Source: Mobula hypostoma
Taxonomy: Eukaryota
Assembly: GCF_963921235.1 (NCBI RefSeq)
Contig: NC_086097.1
Span: forward strand, 211,670,001 to 211,734,000
DNA: 64,000 nucleotides
Reading direction: 5' to 3'
Below are positions 35,154 through 47,337 of this stretch, piece after piece. The notes beneath the pieces are model-generated. The model was not told where the DNA came from. It did no database searches and saw only the letters and a program-made list of their open reading frames with translations. The stretch's first letter is position 1; every line of letters begins with the position of its first letter. The position numbers and the translations under genes are program-made.

Positions 35154-36925
35154 ATGATATCTCGGAAAGACGTTGTCATTGTATTTTTGTGCATGTGAGT
35201 GCTTATACCGCTGCAGCATGTAGATCTTTTTGAATTTACTCATGCAAACGCACAGGACTGACAGCAGTGTGTTGATGTCATATACACTATCATCTCTTGT
35301 TCTCAGGGCAAGCTGCACAGACTAAAAGATATACTGGGACAATTCTGACTCACACCTTTAGCACTCAGTACTAATGAGATGAGTTTCTCTAAGGCTGTCA
35401 GTCTATGTTAAAGAATTTCCACTATTTTCACTCAAAGGAAATTCTATACTATCTCCCTTTACAACTAATCTCATCATGGAACAACTTGTCTTTGTGTGGC
35501 AGAAAAGAATTAGTCCCCCCTAATACAAACTACAATCATGTTTGCATCAGCTGTCACGTCAAGTTGTCAGTTGTGAAGCTCCAGTAAATGATGTAACTTT
35601 ACAACCTTTCTCATGTACGTTACACATTTTTAACTGAAAGGCAGTTTGAAGAATATGGTTTGACACTAGTTCAGAGTAGTTCAGCATCCTCTGAACACCC
35701 ATTATAAGCAAAAGCCCTGGCATCATCTGCAAATGTACAAACGATCCCTCCCCAATTTCTACATTTAGGCTTTAATGATAAGAATAAAGATCAAGAACTT
35801 AAAATCAATTCCTATCAGGCATCATTGCCCTGCTAAATGCATTGGCCACAAACTTTGCCTCTGGACATTTAGCTGCTTCTTAATACCCCATATTATCCCA
35901 AGATCCTATCCGACAGGGGCCCACCAGGATTGAGTTAACAGCGCTATTTAAATACGCTCTGAACTCAGATTTTGCAGAAGCACAGAAATAACGTCAAATT
36001 TGATAGATCTTGCACTCAAGAATTTGAATTGAAATTGCCTGTTATATTCATTTATAAAAGCCAGTGTAAAACAGGTGGAGATACAATGTCACCCATTCAA
36101 GTATAGATAATGAGTCGTTGCTTTCTGGCAGGATGCAAAACTCTCCCGGTCATTCTCCTTTGCTGCTTTTCTTTCTCTTGTAGTGACCAAGGCTGTAGCC
36201 CAAAGCAAAAGCACTCCAGTTGTTTAATTATTTCAATTATGCAAGGGATGGAATATGCACATCTAAAGCATTTAGGTGTACTGAAATAGTTGAATATTCA
36301 TAACGAATAATTCAGATCTAAATAGAAAACTGTTTCGAAAAATCATAAGAAAACTTTCTTGTGGCCATAAAGGTTTCTGCGGCACTTAGAATTCTGATCT
36401 CATATTTGTGTTGACACATCAATCCAGAAAGGCATTAGCTGTTGTTATATTTATTTGGGGATGAGATTTTATTTGGGGATGGGCTGGTTATAGCACTGAA
36501 AGAAAATATGAGCTGATAACGTTGGAGCCAAGAAAACCTGGTGTCTAGAACATAATAAATAGGCCAAGCTTTATTGCCTTAATCATTCAGGCAGAAACCT
36601 TGAGAATGCAGTGTAAATTAGATTGGGTGAATTCAATGTCAAATCATGTGCAGAATAAGAAATAAAAGAACAAAATGAAGACTAATTTGAAATAGAGAGT
36701 GGGAAAAGAGAGAAATTAAAGATGAAAAAGAAATTATTTTTTACATTAAGGATATTTTTAAAAACTCCTTAAGAACAAATAATCCCATATTTGTTTTTAA
36801 AGATTTTTCATATTCTATCTAGGTAGCCTCCAATCTGATGGCATGAACATTGATTTTTCGAACTTCCTGTAGTTTCTCCCTCCTCCCTCCTTCTCTCTTT
36901 CTCCATTCCCCATTCTGGATAGCCT

Positions 36926-37441
36926 TCCAAGAGGACCACAATCTTGTTGTGATTTGAGGATTGTGTGCCTCAATGACCCAGAAAACTACAGTATGTTGGC
37001 TGGAGTCAGGGCTTTATGCTTTGCCCCTGGTATGGTCACCCATGCCAAACAGGTCAAAGGGTAGAGGACAGACTATTACTATTTAACTATTTATGGTTTT
37101 ATTACTATTTAATTATTTATGGTGCAACTGTAACGAAAACCAATTTCCCTCGGGATCAATAAAGTATGACTATGACTATGACTAAGAATGGTCCACTGGT
37201 CCTCCAGGTTCCAGGCTTCAGCTCAGGGCTAACAACCCTGACTGGTAAGACCAAATTGCTACGGAAATAGCAATGAATAATTCTTCTACATCTGAGTGCA
37301 ATGTTATTCTTGAGTTTCCACCTGGGATTTGCATGACTGGCTGCAGTGGAAACTGAGAAGCCACTGACATGATGAAGGAAGCCCTGAACACTTAGGAGAT
37401 GGAGGACCTTCATTGCTGCCCTAAATCCCAGCGGCATTTGG
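36926..37441 (+). mobile_element. Bipartite non-autonomous RTE derivative (5' UTR + 3' end)
   Basis: Flanked by ATTCTGGATA(G/T)CCT (36912-36925, 37442-37455). Contains RTE-like 5' UTR motifs (GTGCCTCAATGACCC; CAGGGCTAACAACCCTG) and a 3' end reading RRWRTFIAALNPSG. Confidence 0.65.
37076..37183 (+). mobile_element. Rex1 3' tail fragment
   Basis: GGTGCAACTGTAACGAAAACCAATTTCCC..AATAAAGTAT(GACTAT)n matches 22250-22312. GACTA occurs at both ends. Confidence 0.9.
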
Positions 37442-38884
37442 ATTCTGGATATCCTCTCACCCCTTCTCTTTTCCTCAGTTGTCCATCGCCTCCCTCTGGT
37501 TGACCTCCTCCTTCCCTTTCTTCTGTGGTCTACTATCCTCTCCTATCAGATTCCTTCTTCTTCAGCCCTTTACCTCTTCCACCAATCACCTTCCAGCTTC
37601 TTACTTTATTACCCCTCACCTGTCTTACCTATAAACTTGCCAATCTGAACTTCTCGCCCTTGCTCCATCTTCTTATTCTGGCTTCTGCACCCTCCCCTTC
37701 CACTGCTGATGAAGGGCCTCAGCCCAAAATGTCAAATATTTATTCCCCTCCATAGATGATGCCTGACTTGCTGAGTTCCTTCACCATTTTGTTTGTATTG
37801 CTCAAGACTGCTCATCTGCTGAGTCTCTTGTGTAAATTATTCTATAACTTTTGAGACTTTTCTCTGCAATGGTTAGTTTTGGTATTATGTTTTTTGACTG
37901 CCAGTAACTGACACAATATTGTTAAAAAATGACACGACAGATTAGCTTTCTGTGGTAGGAATCATTTGATTCTACAGTACAAATACGACAACTTCAGGTA
38001 TTCAATGTACTAAATTAATATTAGAGTAGGCAGAACAGTAGCAGACGTAGGTCTGAAGCCTGCTGATCCAGTGTAGAGAATGGCAAAGTCTCCGTATAAT
38101 ACATAACAATGCATAGAGCAGCAATCACTGGGAAACCCATGTAGCACTGGTAAATCAGGAAAGTGATCTCAATGAAGAAGCTTTATTATTACTACCTGAC
38201 TGTTCTGAATGCTGGCTTCTATCCAAGAGATATAAAAGATGCCAAAGTGCAGCATAAAGATGGAAATATTTTAATCTCATGGGTCGAAGACCAAACACAA
38301 AGCATTTTGGATAATTCTGAGACAAATGAGATCAGGAAATACATTTTTATTAAAATTACAACATATATTGGGTTAGGTTGTATCATAAGGTACAATGATA
38401 CAGTTAAGCAATGGAAATGATTCAATAGCTTGTTGAGCACTGTAGGACAGGACTAGATTATGTTGAGTATTGTAAATATGTTAATAGGGGTTATTCTGGA
38501 GTTATGAAATTATGGACAGCAGATAATAATTAAAATGCAAATCAGTCTTCAGGAAATACAACTTGTTCATAACTTAACACCAACTGATACCTTAAGGCTA
38601 CTGAAACCAAATCACTGGGCATTGGATATTCTGATGTTATACCATCAGAACTATGCAGGAGAAGACAACTGATGAATGTTCGCATTAACAGGTGGTTATT
38701 GAAAACTTCAGGATGAGATCAGGAAGCATTAACTGGCCCTCTCCAGTATTAAATTATTGTTAAAGATGTATTCCTGCCACTTAATGTACAGTTCAGTACA
38801 GGTTTGTTTTGCTATTTAATATTCTGGCTGGCTGTATATTCAGGGAGTTATCCCTCAACTTTGCAACAAAAAAGTATATTTTGG

Positions 38885-39199
38885 TGCTCCCTCCGGTGCT
38901 CCTCCTCCTTCCCTTTCTTCCATGGTCTTCTACCCTCTCCATCAGATTCCCCCTTCTCCAGCCCTTTATCTCTTTCACCAATTAACTTCTCAGTTCTTTA
39001 CTTCACCACCTCTCCCTCTCGTGGTTTCACCTATCACCTCCACCTTGAAATCCTTCTTCCCCTCCCCCATTTTCTTACTCTGACTTCTTATCTTTTATTT
39101 TCCAGGCCTGATGAAGAGTTTCAGCCTGAAATGTCGACTGTTTATTCATTTCCATTGATGCTGCCTGGCTTGCTGAGTTCCTCCACCATTTTGTGTGTG
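38885..39199 (+). mobile_element. Penelope-derived short element with a hammerhead motif
   Basis: CAGGC-CTGATGA-AGAGTTTCAGCCT-GAAAT-GTC-GACTG at 39103-39140. Confidence 0.8.
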
Positions 39200-40089
39200 C
39201 CACCCTATAGTTTGTGTGACTAAGTTTGTATTCAGAAGCTTTCAAGTCACCAGTATTGAATATTCAAAGGGGTTTGCAGATTGAGATGTGCTACTGTTAT
39301 AAATATGTAATTCTGCAGTCACCCATCTGCATTCAAAGTGTTAAAGTTAATTATAGCCATTGAAACTGTTGTTCATCATTTGTTTTTACCTATGTCTTTA
39401 TAAAGTATAAAACATTGTGTCAGGAGAGGAAGATTAGATTCTCTCCCTGAGATCTACAACATTGAATAAAGACTTTATATCTCCCAGTTACAGCTTCAGT
39501 GTGACTCAGTTTAGTCAGTCACAACAGATGTTATTTCCTATAAAGAGTTAGGATGGAAATAGAGAATGAAGTCATTTTATCACCTTACTGCAATTTCAGA
39601 AAAAAATGACATGCAAGTAGTAGAAAATGGAGAACTAGAGGCATGTATTTACAGGGTTGGTCAACCAGAACGTGCGAGACATCTAGTGAAGTCCATCCTT
39701 ACATGTGACTCCAGTGCCTCACAGCCTATGGAGATCCGAGACAAGTGAATGTACCCACACTGCTACCCAAATACCCTTATAAGAATAGCTGCGACCCTTT
39801 TTTGCTGCTTGACTACCTCAGCGGCTCTCCCTTGGTCTCACTCCAAAAAAAAGTTAAATGTTTTTACTTGTTTAAGCAATGTAGATTTTTATTGGTTAGC
39901 CTGGCTTATATTATCCGTCCCCAGCTGCCTTTTGAACTGAGTGGTAGACCAAGTCATTAAAGAAGCCCCTTAAAAATCAACCACATAATTTTGGAGTTCA
40001 GTTACTAATAGGCCAGATTATACCTTCCCTTCAGTGACCTACCGGAAATTCCATTATTGCAACAGAGGCAAAAGGAAGGTACCACTGCA

Positions 40090-41170
40090 GCAATGGTTAA
40101 AAATTGTCAGGGTGGGAGAACACACATCATCTACTCTCATCCTGAACACCGGTACACCACAGGGGTGTGTTCTCAGCCCCATCCTCTATTCTCTTTTCAC
40201 CCATGACTGCTCTACCATTCACTCCACCAACACCATTGTCAAATTTGCTGACGATACCACCCTAATAGGTATCATATCAGACTGTGATGGGACAGCCTAT
40301 AGGGAGGAGGTACAGCATTTGACAGAATGGTGTTGTCAAAATAACCTGGACTTGAACATCACAAAAACCAAGGAGCTGATAGTAGACGTCAGGAAATCAA
40401 AGCGCGTTGAGCACTCTGCTCTGCACATATACGGGAAAGAGGTGGAGAGAGTAGAGAGTTTCAAGTTCCTCGGCGTCCACATCTTGGCTGACCTCACCTG
40501 GACTGTCCATATCTCTTATCAGGTGGGGAAGGCCCAACAGAGGCTCTATTTCCTAAGGAAGGTAAAGCACGCTCTCCTCCCTCATCACCTGCTGATCAAC
40601 TTCTATTGGACAACTATAGAGAGCCTCCTGACGTATTGCTGTGCAGTGTGGTTTGCCAGCTGCACAGAACAGAACAGGCGGACTTGCAGCGGGTGGTGAG
40701 GGTAGCAGAGCAAGTTATTGGCACAACATTACCCTCCCTCAGAGACATTTATACTGGCAGACTTCAAAATAAGGCTGCTTGTATTTCAAAGGATCCCACT
40801 CATCCTGGACATCACCTGTTTTCCCCTTTACCTTCTGGGAAGAGATACAGAGCATTAAGGATGAAAACAAAGAGACTCCTTAACAGCTTCTACCCACAAG
40901 CAGTGAAATGTATAACACTCCCTTCCCTTCTCCTGCCCCCCTCCTAAGACGGCGGCAGCTAAATGCATCACACTTCCAGGAATGGCAGGTGTGCAATAGT
41001 CCTACCCCACCACCCCCCATCCATATATTATTAATTTTGGACTGCAGTCCTGAGTTTTTAGGGTTTATTTTATGTATATATTCTTTATCGTGCTGCAAAA
41101 CGTTGAGCTGCTAAACTGTGTTTCATTGCTCCACAACAATGACAATAAAGATATTCTTCTTCTTCTTCTT
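40090..41170 (+). mobile_element. Rex1/Babar-like LINE 3' fragment (distinct family)
   Basis: [25 protein letters not shown] and FSPLPSGKRYR motifs, then AATAAA and (TTC)n tail. Confidence 0.92.
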
Positions 41171-41299
41171 AAATGTTCTAATGGTGGAAACAAGAAAAGG
41201 ACACGAAAATTGCTTTAATGGTAACCTAATTAGATCTAATTCTCATTCTGATGTTAATTAGACATCATTATAAACTCTGCACATACAGTTTATAAAAAA

Positions 41300-44200
41300 A
41301 AAGATAAAGTAAATGGATTAAATGCAGTGGAGTGAGAGGGTGCAGAGTGATAGGGCTTAGACAGAAATGGGAAGAGGCTTCCTGCGACCATTGGGTTTCA
41401 TAGTAAAGGGGTAGGTCACAGGTTTATTTATTTAGTAATAACAGTAGCTTTAGAGGTATGCATCTAGGATTAGTGTTGTGCTTGGAGTGCCAGATGTGGG
41501 GACCCTAGGAGACTCCCAGCCTCCCCAAGGATTACATCTGCACCAGGTACATTGAGATGAGGCTCCTTAAGGACCGTGTTAGGGATCTGGAGCTACAACT
41601 TGATGACCTTCAGCTAATTAGGGAAAGTGAGGAGGTGATTGATAATACCTATAGAGAGATAGTGGACAGTACCTCTGTGACAGTCCCCCTCAGAAATCAA
41701 TATATAGTTTTAGATACTGTTGGAAAGGTTGACCTGACAGAGGAAGACCACAGCGAACGGGATTCTGGCACTCTGCCTAGTGCCGTAATCAAGAGAGTAA
41801 GGAGAAATGCAGTAGTTATAGGGGATTCCATAGTGAGTGGAACAGACAAGGATACCCAGATGGTGTGTTGCCTCCCTGGTGCCAGGGATGTCTCAGATCG
41901 GGTCTAGTGTATTCTGAGGAGAGAGGGCGAGCAGCCAGAAGCCTTGGTACGTGTTGGTACCAAAGAGATAGGCAGAAAAAGAGAGGAGGTCCTGAAGGAG
42001 ATTACTCGGAGCTAGGAAGAAAATTAAAAAGTCGGACCTCCAGAGTAATAATCTCAGGATTACTGCCTGAGCCACATGCTAATGAAGGTAAGAATAGCAG
42101 AATTAAGCAGATGAATGTGTGGCTAAGTAACTGGTGCAAGGGGAAGGGCTTCAAATTCTTGGATCATTGGGATCTATTTTGGGGGAGGTATGACTTATAC
42201 TAAAACGATGGGTTACACCTGAACTCAAAGGGTACTAATATCCTGGCGAGATTGTTTAACATGGCTGTTAGGGAGGGTTTAAACTAAGTTGGCAGGGGGA
42301 AGGAAACCAGGGTGTTAGGGTCAAGGAAGAGGAAAATAGAAATAAGTCAAAGATACTGTGCAGCAAAGATGGGGGATTTTAAAATGAAAGTGGATTGGGA
42401 AAGTCAAGAAGGTATTGGATCTCAGGGGAAGAAGTCTGTAGAATGTCTACGGGATGGCTTTTTGGAGCAGCTTGTCCATAAGCCCACCAGGGGACCGGCT
42501 GTTTTGGATTGGGTGCTGTGTAATGAACCTGAGGCAATTAGGGAGCTGGAGGTAATGGAACCCCTTGGAGGTAGTGATCATAATATGATTTTGATTGAGT
42601 TCAGTTTCAAAATTGAAAAGGAGAAGCTAATATGAGGTGTATCGATATGTCAGTGGAACAAAGGAAATTACAGTGGTATGAGACAGGAAATGGCCCAAGT
42701 CATGGAAAAGTAAGCTAGATGGAGGGACAGTAGAGCAGAATTGGATGAAATTCCTACAAGAAATAAGGAAAGTGCAGGAAAAATATATTCCAAGAAAAAA
42801 GAAAATCATGAGTGGAAAAATGGCATAAATGTGGCTAGCGAGAGAGGTTAAAGCTAAAATAAAAGCAAAAGAGATGGCATACAAAGAAACAAAAATTAGT
42901 GGGAAAACTGAGGACTGGACGACTTTTAAAAACTTACAGAAGGAAACTAAGAAAGTCATTAGGAAAGAAAAGATGAATTATGAAAGGAAGTTGACAATTA
43001 ACATGAAAAAGGATACTAAGAGTTTTTTTAAATATATGAGGAGTAAAAGAGTGACACAGGTAGATATAGGACCGATTGAAAATGATGCTGGAGAAATTAT
43101 AATGGGTAACAAAGAGATGGCAGAGGAACTAAATGAGTATTTTGCATCAGTCTTCACGGTGGATACATTAGCAACATACCTGATAGCCAGAGGTCTCAGG
43201 GAATAAATTAGGTACAGTCAAGATTACTAGAGAGAAAGTGCTTGGGAAGCTAAATGGATTAAGAATAGATAAGTCTCCCAGACCAGATGAGGTGCACTCA
43301 CGGGTTCTGAAGGAAGTGGCTTTGGAGATTGTGGAAGCATTGGAAATGATCTTCCAGGAATCAATAGACTCTGGCATGGTTCCGGAGGACTGGAAGGTCG
43401 CAAACGTAGTTCCGCTTTTTAAGAAAGGAGGGAGTCAGCAAAAAGAAAATTACAGGCCTATTAGTCTGACATTGGTAGTTGGAAAGTTATTGGAATCGAT
43501 CCTGGAATCGAATTGGTTGCCGGTTACTAGTGGTGTTCCGCAGGGGTCGGTGTTGGGGCCACTTCTTTTTACAATGTATATTGATGATTTAGATTATGGA
43601 TTAAATGGTTTTGTGGCTAAGTTTGTGGATGACACCAAGATAGGTGGAGGAGCAAGAAGTGTTGAAGAAACGGCAATGTTGCAGAGAGACTTGGTCAGTT
43701 TAGGAGAGTGGGCAAAGAAATGGCAGATGAGATACAATGAGAAATGTAAGGTTGTACATTTTGGAAGAAGAAATAATCGGGCAGATTATTGTTTAGATGG
43801 GGAGAAAATTCAAAAATCGGAAGTGCAAAGGGACTTGGGGGTCCTCGTGCAGGATACCCTAAAGGTTAACCACCAGGTTGGATTGGCGGTAAGGAAAGCG
43901 AATGCGATGTTGGCATTCATTTCAAGAGGAATAGTGTATAAGAGGAAGGAGGTGTTGATGAGGCTCTATGGGGCACTGGTGAGACCTCATTTGGAATACT
44001 GTGTGCAGTTTTGGGCCCCCTATCTTAGAAGGGATGTACTGATGTTGGAGAGGGTTCAGAGAAGATTTACGAGGATGATTCCTGGAATGCAGGGGCTAAC
44101 ATATGAAGAGCGTTTGTCGGCTCTTGGACTATATTCATTAGAGTATAGAAGAATGAGAGGGAATCTCATAGAAACATTTTGAATATTGAAAGGGTTGGAC

Positions 44201-44550
44201 AGAGTAGATGTGGAAAGGCTGTTTCCCATGGTGGATGAGTCCAGGACAAGAGGCCACAGTCTTAGAATTAGAGGGTACCCATCTAAAACAGAGATGAGGA
44301 GAAATTTTTTTAGACAGAGGGCTGTGGATTTATGGAATTCATTGCCACATACAGCTGTGGAGGCCCAATCATTGAGGGTGTTTAAGGAGGAGATTGATAG
44401 GTATCTAATTAGTCAGGGTATCGAGGGATGTGGGGAAAAAGCTGGAAATTGGAACTAGATGGGTGAATAGTTTACCTTATGGTGGAGTGGCAGAGCAGAC
44501 TCGATGGGCCGAATGGCCTACTTCTGCTCCTTTGTCTTGTGATCTTGTGA
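41300..44550 (+). mobile_element. CR1 with ORF1 (zinc finger, coiled coil, SGNH esterase) and internally deleted ORF2
   Basis: RVRDLELQLDDL, VVIGDSIV, VCCLPGA and DGLHLN-type motifs; ORF2 pieces at 42312-44458; (TCTTGTGA)n tail. Confidence 0.92.
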
Positions 44551-44654
44551 AATGGAAATAATGGAAAAATATCCAGATCAACATATACTGTACTTGTTGC
44601 ATTCACTTATTTAAAAATACTTTTTGGATCATTTTGGTTGGAAGGTTGAATTTG

Positions 44655-45860
44655 AGGGCAGAATACAAGGTTAATGGCAGGATTCTTTGTGTGGAAGAAC
44701 AGAGGGTCTTGTGTTGCATATTTGTAGATCCCTCAACTTTCCCATGCAAGTTAATCGGGTTGTTAAGAAGATGTCTAGTGTGTTTAAAAAGATGTATAGA
44801 TTCATATAAATGATTCCAGGATGAAATGGTTTGTCATGCGACGAGCATCTGATGGCTCTGTACCTATATTTACTAGAATTCAGAAGAATGAGGGGTGACC
44901 TTATTGCAACCTATCAAATGATGAAAGGCCTTGATAGAGTGAACGTGGAGAGGATGTTTCCTAAGGTGGTACAGTCTAAGACCTGAGGACACAGCCTCAG
45001 AATAGAGGGGTACCTTTTTAGAACAGAGATGAGGAGGACTTTCTTTAATCAGAGAATGGTGAATCTGTGGAATTCTTTCCCACAGGCAACTGTGGAGACA
45101 GAGTCTTTACATATATTTAAGGCAGAAGTTGTTAGATTCTTGATTAGTCAAGGCATGAAGGGATATGGGGGAGGGGGAGACAGAAGATTGGGATGGAGAG
45201 GAAAATTGGATCAGCAATGATGAAATGGTAGAACAGACATGATGGACCAAGTGACCTAATTCTGCTACTTTATCTTATGATCTTATTAGTTATTATGGTC
45301 TTATTATGATCTTATTAACCCTCACTTGTTGTGGATCGAGTTCAACAGCTGAGAGGTAATGTTGCAGCTCTATTAAACCCTGCTTAGACCACACTTGGAA
45401 TATTGCGTTCAGTTCCTGTCGTATCATTATATGAAGTATGTGGAAGATTCAGAGATGGTGCAGAGCGTATTTACCAGGATGCTGCCTGGATTAGAGAGCA
45501 TGTCTTATGACGATAGGTTGAGTGAGCTGGGGATTTTTTCTTTGGAGAGAAGGAGGATGGAAATTGACTTGAGAGAGGTGTACAAGATGATACAAGGTAT
45601 ACATTGAGTGGATAGCTAGAAACTTTATCCCAGGATGGAAAGTGCCATTGCAAGAGGACATAACTTTCAGGTGGTTGGAGGAAAGTATTGAGGCATGGTC
45701 AGAGGTTTGTTTTTTACACAGACGGTGGTGAGTGCGTGTAATGCCCTGCCAGTGGGAGCGCTAAAGGCAGTTGCTTTCGGGACACTTAAGGGACCTAGAG
45801 TAAGTTAAGAGGTCAGCACAACATCATTGATTGAAGGGCCCATTATGTTCCATGTTCTAT
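44655..45860 (+). mobile_element. Two nested, older CR1 3' fragments
   Basis: Inner copy at about 44795-45315 with (TCTTAT)n tail; outer copy resumes near 45330 (HLEYCVQF..SLERRRM). Confidence 0.8.
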
Positions 45861-46710
45861 ATCAGAGTGGATCAGTGAGGCACTGTGACTCAGATGAGAG
45901 GAGTAGGTGTGGTGCATACTAATTGCAGAATTAGTTTACGAGTGAACTGGGGGAATTGAGTGAAATAGTGCAATTAGGAATCTCTTTCCCACCCTGCACC
46001 CCAGCACAATGATCTCTCCCCCAGCATCAACTCCACCACCAGATCCTCATCTCAACATCTTTACTTCCTGGCCAGTGCCTACCTGCCTTCTGATTCCCCA
46101 AATCCTTATCCCTTTTGATACCTTGAACCTGGATTCCAATGGCAAGTCTATTATTATGCCACTCCTAGGGCACCGTGCTACTGAATTTCTCAGGAGAGGC
46201 AAAATGTATATATTCCAGTCCTTTTAGAGAGAAATGTTTATTTATCATTTGCCTTTCAAATTGTTTCAGTGCCCGTTTATTAATTCATGATTCATGGAAA
46301 AGAATAGGCAAGTGCCCTGGAATCCCAAGCTCTCACGATTTTAAAACAAATCTCTGTCCTTCTAATTGTTCTGCCAGGGTGGGCAACCTCACGTTCCTCC
46401 ACACTGTGCCTTGATGACCAATTTAAAGCTGGAGTTTCCCCTGTGTCCCATTGGGAGCCCTGAATTGCAGCAGTGACATCGGTCTGAAGTCGGCAGCAAT
46501 GTTGCCTTTTGGCCAGTCCCTGCAGGCTCCTGATGGCGTGACCTTCCTCCTGTTCTCAGCTGGGAGAACCTGCCCCTGAGTCTGGCAGGAACTTGGCAGC
46601 CCCCAGCAGCATGGAAATTATGTTCTTAATATTTATTGAAGATAGCTTTAATGATTATACTTATCAGCAGACATATCAATGTGCTTTTGGCTTTACCTGA
46701 GATAAAAACT

Positions 46711-46808
46711 GCCAGTCTTCCATATAACCTTGCCCAGGCCTGCGCCCTGGAAACCTTCCAAGGCGCAAATCCATGGTCTCACGAGACTAACGGATGCCTA
46801 CAATAATA
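46711..46808 (+). mobile_element. 98-bp RTE-type retroposon 3' end with an 11-bp TSD
   Basis: AGATAAAAACT at 46700-46710 and 46809-46819; ends in CAATAATA. Confidence 0.75.
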
Positions 46809-47286
46809 AGATAAAAACTATATAATTCAGTATTTTGTAATATAAAAGAGATTTGATGGCTCAGACTAACTTTGACAGCCTGTGTATCAAAGATAAGGGG
46901 AGGAGGTCTACTGGCTGTCAACATGGTTTTGAGGGTCCAGCTGGCTCCCTGTCATGAACTCAAGTGTTGTCCTTGATGCCTGGTTCCAACTGGAGTCTGT
47001 GCCAGTGGCGGGGGGGGGGGGGAGCGTCACTGAAATAGTGTGGCATAGGGTCAGACCGTCAGTGATTTAGTGACAAAATATCTGACACACTCTCTTTTGC
47101 TGAATTAATTCTTCCAAAGACCATAGATTACCTTCTCCCATCCATTTTTTATCATGAACAAGTGAGGGTGTACAACATTCAGATCCTTTATCTAGAGTGA
47201 ATAACTGAGAGCCAAGCAGTTTCCAACAAGCAATAGCTTGCAGACATTTGAAAGGATGGTCATATTTCATTAACCAACCCTTGAGG

Positions 47287-47337
47287 AAATGGTTCCCTAC
47301 CATTTTTATGCCATGGACCCCAGCCTGGGAACCCCTG
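47287..47337. mobile_element. 51-bp hAT (Charlie/Buster-type) MITE
   Basis: Ends AAATGGTTCCCTA / TGGGAACCCCTG; 8-bp flanks CCTTGAGG / CCTTAAGG. Confidence 0.65.

Larger units (their letters stand above)
36810..37832 (+). mobile_element. Penelope (Neptune-type) 3' remnant with a degenerate hammerhead, split by an RTE derivative
   Basis: GGTAGCCTCCAATCTGATGGCATGAACATTGATTT matches 60609-60645. CTGATGAAGGGCCTCAGCCCAAAATGTC at 37706-37733. Confidence 0.75.
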
